Positions 37,802 through 54,050 of a stretch of 64,000 nucleotides of DNA are shown piece after piece. A program made the translations under genes and the position numbers. Origin of the DNA: Eledone cirrhosa. Taxonomy: Eukaryota. Numbering within the stretch: position 1 is the first letter of the stretch; every line of letters starts with the position of its first letter. The notes beneath the pieces were generated by a model that worked only from the letters and a program-made list of their open reading frames with translations, did no database searches and was not told the origin of the DNA. The stretch covers positions 227,540,001 to 227,604,000 of the forward strand of contig OZ024743.1 in the NCBI GenBank assembly GCA_964016885.1, written 5' to 3'.

Positions 37802-39250
37802 TTGTGTGTTGGTGTTATATTGTGTTTAAGGAAAGTCTCAATGGATTGAGTGTTTCTTTCTAATAGAAGGGATTTATTATTTCATGTTTGCTTAATTCTT
37901 TCCTGATTTTTTAATTAATCTGAAGTACCTGAATGATTTGTTTCGTTCTGTGTGTCTAAGCAAAGCTGATGAATTCTTCTTCTTCTTCTTCTTCTTCTTC
38001 TTCTTTACCCACTTAATCCCGGGGGTGTCGTGGGATCAGAATCGTCAAACTCTCCTTCCAGTGGGTCCTGTCAGCAAAGCAAAAACAGAAGGCAACCGAC
38101 ACAAAATGGAATCACTTCATTAATCCCTAATTTTCATCATATTCCATTCCTCATTATTTCACACATAACTTTATGGTTGAAACGATAACTTTGGCAGAGG
38201 AGAAAGTGTCACAAAACATGACGTCCCAGATGAGTAACTTTATCTCCATATCAGCTAAAAAGAAAAAGAAATGGTGAAAGGATTACCACATCCGTAATGG
38301 GAAAAAAGAAAACGTAGCCGGGGGTAGTTGAATAGGAGTTGGTGAATGTATGTATGCGTGGGTGCTGGCAATGTTAATTTGAGTGAATGGAAAATGGAAT
38401 TTAGTGAACAACATAAATTAGTTTTGAAGTTTACTTATCTTTGGTAGTGATGTCAAGATGTGGCAGTTTGTTAAGTATAGACTGGGTCATTCACACATAA
38501 ATACATCAACGAACCCATCACATCACACACCTCCCCATTAACACACATTCAAACCTCAAAATAAGTTCAAAATTTCTTCCACATATTTTATCGTTTTCAT
38601 ATCCACCCCTATTTCTCTCCTTCTAACAGTAACTCTGAGATTTGAACAATAGTTTTAGTTACTACCACTAATTGACTTACTTCTCTGAGGAAATTATATT
38701 TCCAATTTAGTTTCATTGATTCCCGAAAATATTTTATCCTGACAAACAGCCTCTCCTACCAAGCACAACGTTTTCCAACACACCGAAACATGTACGTGGG
38801 CATTAAAAATCTCATGACTATTGTTTATCCAATATGAGTGTAATGAGTTGTAACAAGGCTTAAAATTCTAGAATCCATTGTGACCTACTTGGTAAGTATA
38901 GTTTTCACGAACCTCATCGACGTGAGCTCGTCAGAATTGCATTTCAAAGCACATATTACATTGATGAGGTCCGTGCTAAGGAGTTACACCTGTTCAAGAA
39001 ATATTATATTTACTTAGTTGTGTGTACTTGTACTGTCATTGAAATTCAAATTTTAATCAATGAATATACCAAGGGAATTTATTGATTGGCGGGTTTTAAA
39101 CTTGGCATGACAGAATGCATGAGACTTAACTGAATCTAATTTACTGAGCAAATGGCGGTGTTGATGTTGTTAGTAAGTGATAAGATAGGCAATATATCTC
39201 TATATCTTGTGTCGAGCTATAATGCACGTATCCATATCGTACGGGTATGA

Positions 39251-39330
<80 letters not shown>

Positions 39331-39331
39331 G

Positions 39332-39647
<316 letters not shown>

Positions 39648-39649
39648 TG

Positions 39650-39685
<36 letters not shown>

Positions 39686-39690
39686 TATAC

Positions 39691-39761
<71 letters not shown>

Positions 39762-41195
39762 CATATATATATATATGTATATATATGTATATATATGTAT
39801 GTATATATATATATGAATATACTTTGGGAGAGTCATACGTGTAATAAAATCACACGCACTTGTTGGTTTACACTTCAATTTATTACAAATTTCCAGTTGG
39901 TTGTTTGAATAATCAGATGGTTGTTTATTTATTGTTAAAACTCTTTCGTCACACATTCTGTGACCTCCTCAGTGACAAATTTGTTATTTTGTGTCTCTCC
40001 TTTTTTCTGCCCTACACCATTTTGTTTTGTATGTTGTGTGTAGGACAGAACAAAATTGAGTGAGAATATTTTAATATTAGTCAATTTAACTAGCTCTACC
40101 AAAAAACTGCCGGGAAGACTAGTGGTACGATTTAACCTCGTCGAAGAGTCAACCCTTTAAAAAAAACTATAATACTGTATATAATCCAATAGCTATCCAT
40201 AATTGTAATTCCAGAAACCCACTAGATTTCTTTCTTAATGGTAATAGCTTTGTACCTAGCATAGTATATCAGTGCACTATTTCCACACAAAATAGCAATA
40301 AAGCTTACATAAGTGGAACAGAGAATAGTTTTAAATACCTGCACCTCTTCTGCCTTCACATTTTCAGGAGTGTAAAACTGAAGAATCCAACCTCACTCGC
40401 TAGTTATGTATGAGATTTAAAATATTCTACTATCATTTATTCCATTTCTTGGTCTTTGAAAACCGCAAAAGCTTATGAGACTGGAAAAACTAAAATGTAA
40501 TCTGAATGTCTCTTAATAACAAAATCTAATCTAGATTTATTGAATGCGAAATCGTAAATAATTTCTACGTGCCCGCACAGGATTTCCTATTCTTTTTACA
40601 ATTATAAAAGTGACCATAATTCATAAACAATTAATAAATAATTAAACATTATTTTAGGATCTTTACCTCGTCACTCCGACCCGATCATATTCTTCACAAG
40701 CAACATATTTCTATTATAATTGATCATAGAGTCTTGTTAGACTACTATTAGAATTAAGTTTATTTGGTTATATGCAGATCTACACAGGCGTTTTACACAA
40801 ATACATAAATAAGTTTATTAATCCTTATATGATTTAGTGCTCCAGTGCATTGAACAGCCTTACATTTTCTTGTAGTTGTAACATGGTCATGGCCATGGTT
40901 ATTGTCGTAAATACCGCTTGTTGAAGGTCGTCTTTATAATTAAGGGAGGTAATCCAAGAAGCAAAACAAAAAAAGTGAAAAGGTTTCTTGTCTTTAGAGA
41001 ACAGACAGATGGATGGAGGAAAACGAGGGGAGAGAAGTAGCTATTTCCGGGATCGATTTAAACTGGCGCTAAATACACTACCCGACAAATACGTACGTAC
41101 ACACATATACAAGTACACACACACGCACGCACACACATACATATCAATTTATCTATCTATGTATCTGTCCGTCTATCTATCTATCTCTCACTCTA

Positions 41196-41228
<33 letters not shown>

Positions 41229-41289
41229 TTCACTCTATCTCTCTCTCTCTCACACTCTCTCTTTCTCTTTCACTCTCTCTCTCTCTCTG

Positions 41290-41365
<76 letters not shown>

Positions 41366-41686
41366 AACAGAGGAAGAGTGAGGCATATATGTGTGTATGT
41401 GTGTGTATATATATGTATAATTATGCATATGTGTGTGTGTGCATTTATACACAAACATAGAAAACAAATCTGGCAGTCTGCCTAGTTAAGAGAAATCAAT
41501 ATTGCGCGCTCACACAAGGAAACTCAACGACGCAAGACCACACCTGTCTGTGTTAATTACCTCCTACCTTCACGAACTGTTGAAGAAACGACACGATAAC
41601 GATATATATATATATATATATATACATGTATATATACTTATATATATATCCATATATATATGTGTGTGTGTGTGCGTATGTATAAG

Positions 41687-41722
<36 letters not shown>

Positions 41723-41734
41723 TAGATATAACAG

Positions 41735-41774
<40 letters not shown>

Positions 41775-42226
41775 CGTGTATGTGTGTGTGTATGTGTGTG
41801 CGTGCGTGTGTGTGTGTCTGTATCTATAAGTGATATGCGGACGGTGGGAGGAAGATTAGAAGAAACAGAGAGAATGAAGATAAAAACAAAAATAAAATTA
41901 CATATAAATATAAAAATAATATAAATAATAACAATTTGTTTAGTAGTCTGTCTCACCTGACTGGCCATTCCGAATTACCATTGAAGGAGACACATTGCAA
42001 TAGATTTCTTATTTGGAACTCTCCAGCAACTCTTCTTATATTTCTCAACATCATCTCGTCGTAAAATATCTTCAAAAATAAATGTTCTCTTTATAACGAC
42101 TAGTTTTATTTTAATCGTCTATTTCTCCTTCTTCGTCTTCTTTATTGTTATTGTTGTTGTTATTATATTTCTACTTTTCTCATTATATGTATATATATAT
42201 ATACACGCATACACATACACATAAAT

Positions 42227-42294
<68 letters not shown>

Positions 42295-42328
42295 TATATA
42301 TAATATATATATAAATAATATATATATA

Positions 42329-42362
<34 letters not shown>

Positions 42363-42388
42363 GTCATACACATAAACATACACATAAA

Positions 42389-42459
<71 letters not shown>

Positions 42460-42627
42460 TTATGTATGCATGCATGTATATATATATATTTATATTTTAG
42501 TTTCTTATTTAATTTTTATCATTATTTATAATTTGTTATTCTTGTTATTATCAATATTTTTATTAAGTTTATTTTTGTTATCACGATTATTATATCTTTA
42601 CTTTAGTGTTGTTTTTATTTATTATTA

Positions 42628-42671
<44 letters not shown>

Positions 42672-44825
42672 GTGGTATTGGTGTTTGTTTGTTAGATTTA
42701 TATTTTCAATTTCCTCTGTAATGCTTTGGTACATTCTTTGTTCGCTATTCTCTTAGACAACCCCTGTACAATAACAGAGTTCTGGCCACAGTCTGCTAAT
42801 CTTCAAACGTCCAGGATGTGTATATATGTATTTGTGATGTGCACAGTATTTCTGATGTGCATAGTGTTTGTGTGAATGCGTGTGTGTTGTGCGCTATATT
42901 TGAGTGTGTGTACGTATGTACGTATCTATGTATGTATTGGTGTCTTCTGTGCGCTGTTTGTGTGAATGTATGTGGGCTGTGCGCGGTGTTTAAGTGTATG
43001 TACGTATCTGTATATGTATTGGTGTGTTTATGCGCTATTTGTGTGAATATATGTGTGTCGTGTGCTATATTTGAGTGTGTGTACCTATGTATGTATCTAT
43101 GTATGAATTTATGTGTTCTGTGTGAATGTATGTGTGCTGTGCTGTGTGTTTGAGTGGATGTAACTATATATGAATCTCTGTATGAATTGGTGTGTTCTGT
43201 GCACTGTATGTGTGTATGCATGAATATTTCTACGTATGTATGTTTTTATATATATATATATGTATGTTGTGTGCTGAGTTTGTATATAACGTATGTGTTT
43301 CTTTATGTGGATGCATGTGTCTATTACGTATGTTTGTGTTGTATCTGTATGTACGTACAGTATGTATATTTTTCTATGCAGAGTTTTTGTATTTTAATAT
43401 GAACATATATGTACGTGTGCGTATATATATATGTATGTGTGTGCGTACATATATGTATGTGTATATGTGTGTATATATGTATTTATGTGTGTGTATATGA
43501 TTTGTTTGTGATCTTTGTATTGACGCAGAATGTATTTTATTACTGTATTTATGTATGCATGTATGTAAGTCTGAATCTATGCATTCATGCATGTATGCAT
43601 GTAAATATATATGTGTATATGTAAAGTGTGGAGGATCTCATAAGAACCAATTGATGTTTAATAGGGTGTATATATGCTTGTACATGTATGTGTATTTATT
43701 TATAGAAGTATATTCTTTGAAACCTTTTTGTAATCTCTTGCCATCTTGCTTTGTGTTTGATTGTTGATAGCTTAAACTCTTCATACCTTTAGAGAGTGGC
43801 TTTCATGCCGCATAAGTGTTTGTCACTATAAAATCTGATGTGTAGATACTTTTACATTTATAATTACATACGTACAATTCCACACCGCAATACTGCTGCT
43901 GCTGCTACTACTACTACTACTACTACTACCACTACCACTACTACTACTACTACTACTAATGCAGCTGCTGCTTCTGTTGCTGCTGTTACTAGCGCTAGAT
44001 ATTGATAATTATTTAAACAGTGGTCAATCATGTAGTTATAGAGAATAATCTAGAGATATTTCCAGCCCACAGCTAGGTTTCTCTAGAGGTTTAATGGTAG
44101 GGGCTATCAGTTCCATCATAAAAAAAAGAGCGTGAGCTGAAGAGTCTTGGTCAAGAACAGAATGGGTTGATCAGCCCAAGAATGGAACCCATGATCTTAT
44201 GATCGTGAGTCTAACACAAAGTTTTTGGCATAGTTATAATGGTATTACCAGAAGCTGATGAGAGATGGCAGGGTGTAGAGAGTGATGGATAGAGGAGCTA
44301 CGAGTGGTTCTTATCGTTGTCGTTGGTGGTATTGTTAGCTGCTTTTGTGTTGGAAAGTGTTGAACATTAGAAGTCTATATGTGCAATATCAGAAACTGTC
44401 TGGTTACTATTTTCATACCTGTAATGTAACGCATGGCTGATCTGCCTTGTAAAGACAAGACGAGAAAATTACGAGTGTGTGTGTGTGAGTGAGTATGTGT
44501 GTGTGTGTGTGTGTGTGTGTGCATCTGTGTGTGTATCTGTGAGTGTGTCTGCGTGTGTGTTTGCGTTGTGTGTCTGTGTGAGTGTCTGTGAGAGTGTTTT
44601 TGTGTGTGTGTATGTGTGTGTGAGTGTGTCTGTGAGAGTGTGCTTGTGTGTGTGTGTGTATTTGTGTGTATGTGTGTGTGTGTGCGCGCGTGTGTGTGTG
44701 TGTCTGTGTTTGAGTACATGTGTGTGTAGCTTTATTGATCTTCAAATAAATATTGTTGAGATTAGAAACAATTTTGCCGCAGTTATCAAGTGGAGTGAAA
44801 AGTTGAAGTGTTGAAGGGTCATTAT

Positions 44826-44873
<48 letters not shown>

Positions 44874-46203
44874 CAAGTACGACACTTCAACTATCCTCTT
44901 TAATATGTTGGGGACGTAATGTGTATACATGTATGTAACGTTATATGGTTATCAGAATAGTAACAGAGTAATATATGTTGGGGTGAATGATGCTACTTAT
45001 TTTATATTATGTATACGATTAGAGTTTAGCGAGTGATTGTCGATATCATGTGCGAAGTAGACATTATTTGATGAATAATCCATAACGGAATGGACAAAAA
45101 TATACCAGAGATTCACGCATCCTCAAATTCTTATTTAGAATGAATTCCTTTTATAATTTTTGACCAGATTCCTTCTGAATCGAATCCGTATGAATTCTAT
45201 AAACTAAATGTTTAACAAGTGCGAAGGCATCATGTTATGTGGTTAGGGTATAGGTCTGAGGGTTGTAAGGTGGGGCATTGTGTCCTTGAGAAAGACTTTA
45301 TTTCTCATTACATTAGGGGATGCTGGATGTCCATGCAGAATTATCTTAAGAGTACATGAGTCTGTTGAATGCTGGGCCACTTGCACGTGAATTTCACGAG
45401 CAGGTTGCGCTGCAGATCAAACTACTAAAAGCAACGTCGTTACAAGCGACGTAGGTCTAACTACAACATGATTAAAGCACATCAACTCACTGCCCTATGA
45501 AGTATTGAGTACTTTAATTTATATTTCTAAGCCTTATTCTTATGAACGAATAATACAGAAGAAATACTACACTTACACACAAACACACGTAAGGTAATTG
45601 AAATTGTCGTAATAGTCATTGTATGATAAAGATGATGATAATGATGTTACTGATGAGGACGAATATGTTAAGTTGGATATTATGAAGTTGATGAAGATGA
45701 AATTGATTATGATGATAATGATAACAGTGATGGTGATAATGATGATATTAATGATTGTAATGATGATTATGATGATATAAATGTTGAAAATAACGATGAA
45801 GAATTATTTTATCATCATCTATGTTGACGTCATCATCCTTATCATACCATCAATCATACAGCAGCATTACTATCTTTATCAGAATATCAAAAACATAATA
45901 GTCGTTCTTGTCGTCAACATCAATATTGTTCTCATCAACAACATCAGCATCATCATCATTATATTTTCTCTTTACTTAAACTTCATTGTTTTTATCATCT
46001 CACCATCACACCATGATAATCCCCATCATCTTTCCTCACGATTATGTTCACCATCATTATAAACTTCATAAAATCAACATCTCGTGGTCCCTATCCGCCC
46101 CCACTACCACTGCCTCCGCCGTGTTTACCATCAGGAATTACATTTTCATACATTTTCTAAATTTTCGGTGTGTTGCCACATGGTTTTTTTAAGGCAAATT
46201 ACG

Positions 46204-46261
<58 letters not shown>

Positions 46262-46402
46262 AATCTATCTATCTATCTATCTATCTACTATCTATCTATC
46301 TATCTATAGAAAATTATCTATATATATATATATCTGTTTGTCTGTCATCTATCTATCTCTCAATTCAGCTATCTCCCTATCTATCTATCTGTCTGTCTAT
46401 CT
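46204..46402. repeat. (TATC)n microsatellite, partly degenerate
   Basis: Direct reading. Confidence 0.9.
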
Positions 46403-47545
46403 ACCTTCCAACGGAGGGCATGGGATGCAGTGGCTGACGATGCGCAAACACGCGCTCAGGCTGCGGCACCTCTACGTATTCCTCACCGGACAACCGGTGT
46501 GGGCCCCGTTAGTGAGGCGAGCCTTCCCACGTCTCGTCTCGCTGACCAAGCTGCAGTCCAGGGTCAAGCAAAGGCCGAGGAAAATGGGCGACTGGCACAT
46601 CGAATGTGCTCAGGCTCTCACAGCCCTCTCGCAGGTGGACCCGGCGATCAGTGGAGACTCCACTTCGTCATTCTATAGAGGATTGATCCGCAGCAACTGC
46701 AACGACGCGCTCGGAGAAACTCTAGGCGTAGAGGAAGACGAACTGGCCAGTCTGTTCGGTAGGACCCTCCGCCCGGGACCGATGGACAACTTCCAAAAGT
46801 CCCTGACCTAGCAGTGCTACCGAGGAGCTCTACCAGTTCGAGACAAGTTCTACAGACATGGGCGCCCGGGCAGGGACCCTTCTAAAAAGATCTATCCGAG
46901 ATGCGTGCGAGACGAAGAAACAGTCGCGCACGCATTCATACACTGCCCGGGCTTTACCGACCTGTGGGGCTATGTAGAACCACTATTTTCGCGGGTGGGA
47001 CCAAACCGGTTTACCACCGAGTCCATTGTCATGATCAAACTGCCACCCTCCTTCAAAAACGAAGGGGAGGCGGGTTTCCTTTGTGTGATAGCTATGGCGA
47101 AAGAGGTTGTATGGTGGACAAGGTTGAAAAGGCTGAGGTCAGACACCTTTCTCTCCGGCCAACAACTGATTCTTTTTTTCAAATACCACTTTGGAAGAAG
47201 AATCAGGATGGAGAGAGAGGTGCTGTACCCCAGTAAGTTTTATGAAAGGTGGGTGAAAGTGGCGAGAATGGCCCGAGTGAATGGGCCTTCTCTCTTTATC
47301 AGCCTGTAGGTTGAGGAAAAAGAGGAAGAGAGGAAGGGGGTACAAACTCTTCGTACTCCTGGAGATGAGGGTTGCCCATTTTTCCGGGGGTATGTGTTAC
47401 CCATATGAAATGTCTCCCCCTATTGGGGAAAATCGATTAACTTTTAAATTACATTTGTGATAATATTTTACACGTTTTTATTGTATGTAAACTTCGCCCT
47501 TTGTATTTGTCCCCTTCTTTTGAGCCCCTGTGGCTAATAATGAAA
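46403..47545 (+). mobile_element. 5'-truncated Tx1 LINE, copy E (B/D subfamily)
   Basis: Homologous to copies B and D; ORF2 stop at 47309; ends GGCTAATAATGAAA before a TATC-like tract. Confidence 0.9.
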
Positions 47546-47623
47546 CATATCAGTCTGACTGTCTCTCTCTCTCTATCTATCTATTTGTCTGTCTGTTTGT
47601 CTATCTATCTATCTATCTATCTA

Positions 47624-48339
47624 AGTTCGAGAAAAATCTACAGGCACGGACGCCCTGGCAGAGATCCTGCCAAAAGGACCTGTCCAAGATGCGAGCAGGA
47701 CATCGAAACTGTTCTGCACGCAATTTTTCAGTGACCAGGGGTGCCCGACCTGTGGAATTATGTTGAACAGCTGCTGTTACGTGTGGGACGCATCCAGTTG
47801 TCAGCCGAGTCCATCGTGAGGATCACCCCGCCGCCTTCATTTAAGAACGAAGGAGAGAAGGTTTTCCTCTGTCTGATGGCTAAGGCGAAAGAGGTAATAA
47901 GGTGGACGAGGTTAAAAGGACTGAGGGCAAACACCTTTCTCTCCAGACAACAACTTATCCCCTTCTTTAAGTATCACTTCAGAAGGAAGGTGAGAGTGGA
48001 GAGCGAGGTGCTACACCCCAGTAAATTTGCTGAAAGGTGGGTGAATGTGGCAAAAATGGCCCGAGTGAATGAGCCTTATCTGTATATAAAGCTGTAGGTT
48101 GAGGAAGATAAACAGAGGGAAGACAGGAACACCTACAAAACGTGTTCCTAGTGTTGAAAGTTGTTCTATCCACGGGGTGTAAAACAACCCTGCAGAAACG
48201 TTCGCCTCTATTGAGGATTTCAATTGTTATTTAATTATATATAGTTTATTGTTATTTATTAATGTTAAAGTTATTTTTATGTAAAACCCCCGCCTTGTAA
48301 TGTCCCATTTTTGTACGCCCCTGTGGCAAATAAAGAAAG
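47624..48339 (+). mobile_element. 5'-truncated Tx1 LINE, copy F (closer to copy C)
   Basis: KRTCPRCEQDIETVLH…; ORF2 stop at 48097; ends AATAAAGAAA before GATATCTATTTATCTATC. Confidence 0.9.
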
Positions 48340-50115
48340 ATATCTATTTATCTATCTATCTACCTCTCTCTCTATATATATATATTTATCTATCTATATC
48401 TATATCTATCTATCTGTTCTTACAATTCTCTCTCTCTCTCATTCTCTTACCCTCAGTTTCTCTCTCACACCCAACCCCATCAATTCTCTAATAATATGTC
48501 TGTCAAAACAGCAACCAACATCAAACAACATTCTTTCTCTTTTTCAGTGTTTTTTTTTTTCGTCTTTTTTATATCTTTATAATTGATATATATATTTTTT
48601 TTTGTGGGTCTCAGTATAACTTCGTTGACCCAGAATGATTTTTTTTTCAATCATTTAGATTACAATTTCAACATTTTTCATTTTTATGTGGGCGTCCTTA
48701 GAATCTGTCAGAATCCATCAGATGACTTATAGCCATTCGTTCATAGGATTGGAGTCAGTATTATTCAAACTGATTAGATATATTTCCATATGGGTCCTCT
48801 TGAATCTAACACACTCTAGTCTAGAATTTTTTAAAGGGATTAACGTGATTAAAATAGATTTCCAGCAAGAGTATTCTTGAAAATGTCAATCTCCGTTTCA
48901 GATTTGTGTGATTACCCTAAAAACTATCACTTCACATCATACGAAGAATCAACTATAAAGTTGTTCTAGTTGTTTTTGTTGTTTAGCTTATGTCAGTCCA
49001 GATGCAACAAACCTATATATGTTTATCAATCATTGTGTGTATATGTATGTATGTACACACATCCGTAGGTATGAAACAGGAAAAAGGAAAAGTACTCAAT
49101 CAAGTATGAGAGCTGATATATCATATTATTTATTTATGTTCATACACGGACCAAAAGCTTCACCTAATATTTCAAGGCCCAATAGTGACCATATCTCAAA
49201 TTGTAAGAGGGATCAAATTTGTAACCTAGTCTTCAAGTGCCCAAATATGATCACCACACCTGATACAATCAAACATCTGATCATGGTGGGGATGTCCTGA
49301 GAAGAATTCATTGAAGAAACTAATGAGAGTAAGCAAATGGGTAAAGAGCTGCCAGAACAGTAACTAGAGAGTCTATGTTATTAGACTCTGCAACGGTGAC
49401 GAAAAAGAAAACGTTTTAAAAAGTGAGATAAGCTACCGAGAAATAAAGTGATGGGATTGAAAGGGCATGTTGCTGCTGGGAAGTAAAGTTATTCCCGATC
49501 AACACCAACTGGATTGCCTCAGAAAGATGCCTGATATTGAAAAACCCGAAATTGCATTTATGTGATTATGTGTCTCAGCTCATCCGTGAGTAGTATCTTG
49601 CATACTATGTCTATAAGGGATTTTACTAAGATGAATTCAAATGCAACAGTGTCAATGTCAGGTTGTGAAGCCGATATCAATCGATTTGGAAGCGATTAAA
49701 GATTACTAACTGCAAAATTAAATAGTGAATTACCAGTGAAAATGAAAGTGCTGTGTTAAGTGAAAAGAAAAATCGAAATTCCATACAGATAACTATATTT
49801 ACATCTAATTTCAGACAAAAATGCTCGTCATCATATGTAGTGTGTATTCAGTAATATGGTGAGACCCAAATCTGGCTTCATTCTATTACAGAGAAAGCGA
49901 GAGAGTGTGTGAACGAGTTTCCTTATGCCTAGATTAGAAGACTCAGAATGAGTTTCAAAATTAGGTTCCTTTTCTTACTTTCCATATTAATGCTTGCAAC
50001 AGCATGATATTTAATATGGTTTAAACATCCAAACACACACACACTCACTCACCCTCTATGTATGTATTTATGTATGTATATATATGTACGTATATACGTA
50101 TATATGTATGTATGT

Positions 50116-50185
<70 letters not shown>

Positions 50186-50300
50186 AGACACGTATATATA
50201 GTATAATTGTATATAAAATACTCTATATGCTTACGTGGGAAAAAATGTTTCCTGTGAAGTAGCACTAAGAAAACCATATATGAAACCTAACATCCATACG

Positions 50301-50375
<75 letters not shown>

Positions 50376-50882
50376 GCGTGTGTGTGTATACAAACATCTA
50401 CATATATATATGAATTCGTTTACATGCACACACATATACATATATTCATGTATATATGTGTGTGTGTGTGTGAGAATGTATGTGTGTACGTGTGTAAGCA
50501 CACAGAACACATATATATTTCATGTAAGCGTAGCATTTCTTTTTTTATAATGAAAATATTCAAGTGCTTATAGAGAAAATACAAACCAGATGTGAACTTA
50601 GTAAAACGGTGTTTCCTTTCTTTAGTTTGATCAAATCTTTAATTTAAGATATTTACTGATCTATTTATTTAGATCTCTTAAGCTACGGTTTTCGCATTTC
50701 GCCTTACATTTTAACTTCTTTTTAACATTTCTTTAGACTGCTCTTTGGCTGAATTTCTGTTCTCTTTACTTTCGACAACTTGATAAGCAATCGAGGTTTT
50801 ATGCGTTTGTTGCGCGCGTGTGTGTGTGCGCGCGCGTGGGTGTGCATGCATCAGTGTTTGTGTGTGTGTGTGTATATATATA

Positions 50883-50948
<66 letters not shown>

Positions 50949-51050
50949 CAATTTAGAAATTAAAAATTAAAAAATATATGATCAACACTACTGTGTTTTT
51001 TTTGCAAAATGACAATAATTTTTTAGCCAGATAGAAATACCTTAATTCAA

Positions 51051-51106
<56 letters not shown>

Positions 51107-51369
51107 ATGTTTTCCCCAAGAAATGTCTACACACTTCATCAGTATTCTAATAAATATTGCCTGTCCAGGTAATCAAAGTGTATATACATTTTGGTGGGGC
51201 TATACATATAGGGCGAAGAATTCCAAATAACAAGGTAAAAGAAGCGCTCTATGTAATGTACAGAGCAAAGATATATTATATGACTAAAATCTCAACACAA
51301 ATGAAAGCTTCCTAAGATTTCTACCAACTACTGTCTGCCAGCTATGTACATACATGCGTACATACATAC

Positions 51370-52232
<863 letters not shown>

Positions 52233-52746
52233 TATATATATATGTTCATTTGTGACTGACTGAATAGGTGTGTGTGTCATTTACTCACATTTTATCTTTC
52301 GTTCCTCTTCTAAAACTTCATCGTTCTATCTTAACTTTTATTTCTCATTCTATCTTCTGATAAAGGACTACTGTCTGAAACGTTAATACACTTTTCCTAT
52401 TAATTCAATTGTTAAACTAATATATTACTTAATTGCACTGTGTCGTTTGCTTTGTTATTTATGTTTCCTTTTTATATACACATCTATACACACACAAAAA
52501 TGTCCCGTTTACGCATACACTCGCACACTCTCATATACACATAGACTTAAACATACGTACACATATACATAAGAACACACTCATTAATGTAAACAAACAC
52601 ACACGTATACATATATTTACACAATACCATCTGACTTACTAGAATTCTCTTGAAAGACAGACAAAGCAGCTAGAAGTTCCAGCTGTATGGTATGTATTCC
52701 GTGTCGGAATCTGTTCAAATTTCAGCTGCTATGCTGTAGCGCTTTT

Positions 52747-52828
<82 letters not shown>

Positions 52829-52893
52829 TTAATATATTATGATATATTTACATACACATGTATATATATTTATTTATATACATACAATATATT

Positions 52894-52925
<32 letters not shown>

Positions 52926-52958
52926 CATATATGCAATATGTACATATATATATATATG

Positions 52959-53006
<48 letters not shown>

Positions 53007-53330
53007 CATATATATATATATGTACATATTGCACATACATTTATAAATATATATATTATACATATACCTCTCACCAACTCTTTCTGTCTCTCACTGTCAC
53101 TCTCTGTTTCTCTCTGGAAAGATAATATTTAAACTGGGTTAAGTCAAGTAGAAAGTTGTTGATCTAATACTTTCTAACTTGTACAACATCTTTAACTTAG
53201 ACAGGGATTGTGGGATAATTTCTGGCTTTGTTTGTTGTTGTTGTTTCACAAACGAGGGGAATGGTTGGATCAGGCAACATCAGCTGTGTGATGGGTAGAT
53301 AGAGAACATGAAAGAGAGAGAGAAAGAGAG

Positions 53331-53398
<68 letters not shown>

Positions 53399-54050
53399 GG
53401 GCTGTTGTCTACCTACACATAAAAATATATGTAAGCTAGGGTAAGAGTTATTTCAATCTACCTGACTTGAAAGTAGTGAATTAGTAGAATGTTTAGAGTA
53501 ATACTGTTTGCATTCTGATTTCAAACTTTGCAATTGAACATTCTGCGATCGATAAAATTAAATAGCAGATAAGCACCATCTTCTTCTTCTTCTTCTTCTT
53601 CTTCTTCTTCTTCTTCTTCTTCTTCTTCTTCTTCTATTTATTTTGTTCCCTGTGTTTTTTCAACACAGGCCACAACCAAATGCTGACAGGTTTGCCATGT
53701 CCCTTACGCTCAACTTTCAAGCTTCCATTTGAGGAATTCTCCCACTAGTCTCTTCATGGGCATATGTAATACGTGGACAATCATTTCCCACCGTCTTAAG
53801 GCGGTGGTACTCCGTAGATTATTCAGGCCATCCCATTCCATTTTCTCTTCATTTGTGATATGACAAAACACTAAAGTTCAAATAATGTGTTTTGTGGTTG
53901 ACGGCGTTGTAGAAAAGAGTGTCATCTGTATTTTAAATAAGCAGTCCGGTTCAACACAAAATGACTTCACACAATAAACGTAATGCAAATAGCAATACAA
54001 TATATTCCAGACATTACAGGACGATACAAAGATGAAAGAATGGTATTTAA

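Noticed and set aside
40338-42055. Possible minus-strand exons (MMLRNIRRVAGEF…, KYVACEEYDRVGVT, FYTPENVKAEEVQ) with GT donors
   Set aside because: Phases could not be joined into one frame and no homology was recognised.
42850-43620. Cys/Val- or His/Thr-rich ORFs
   Set aside because: Degenerate TG-rich minisatellite.
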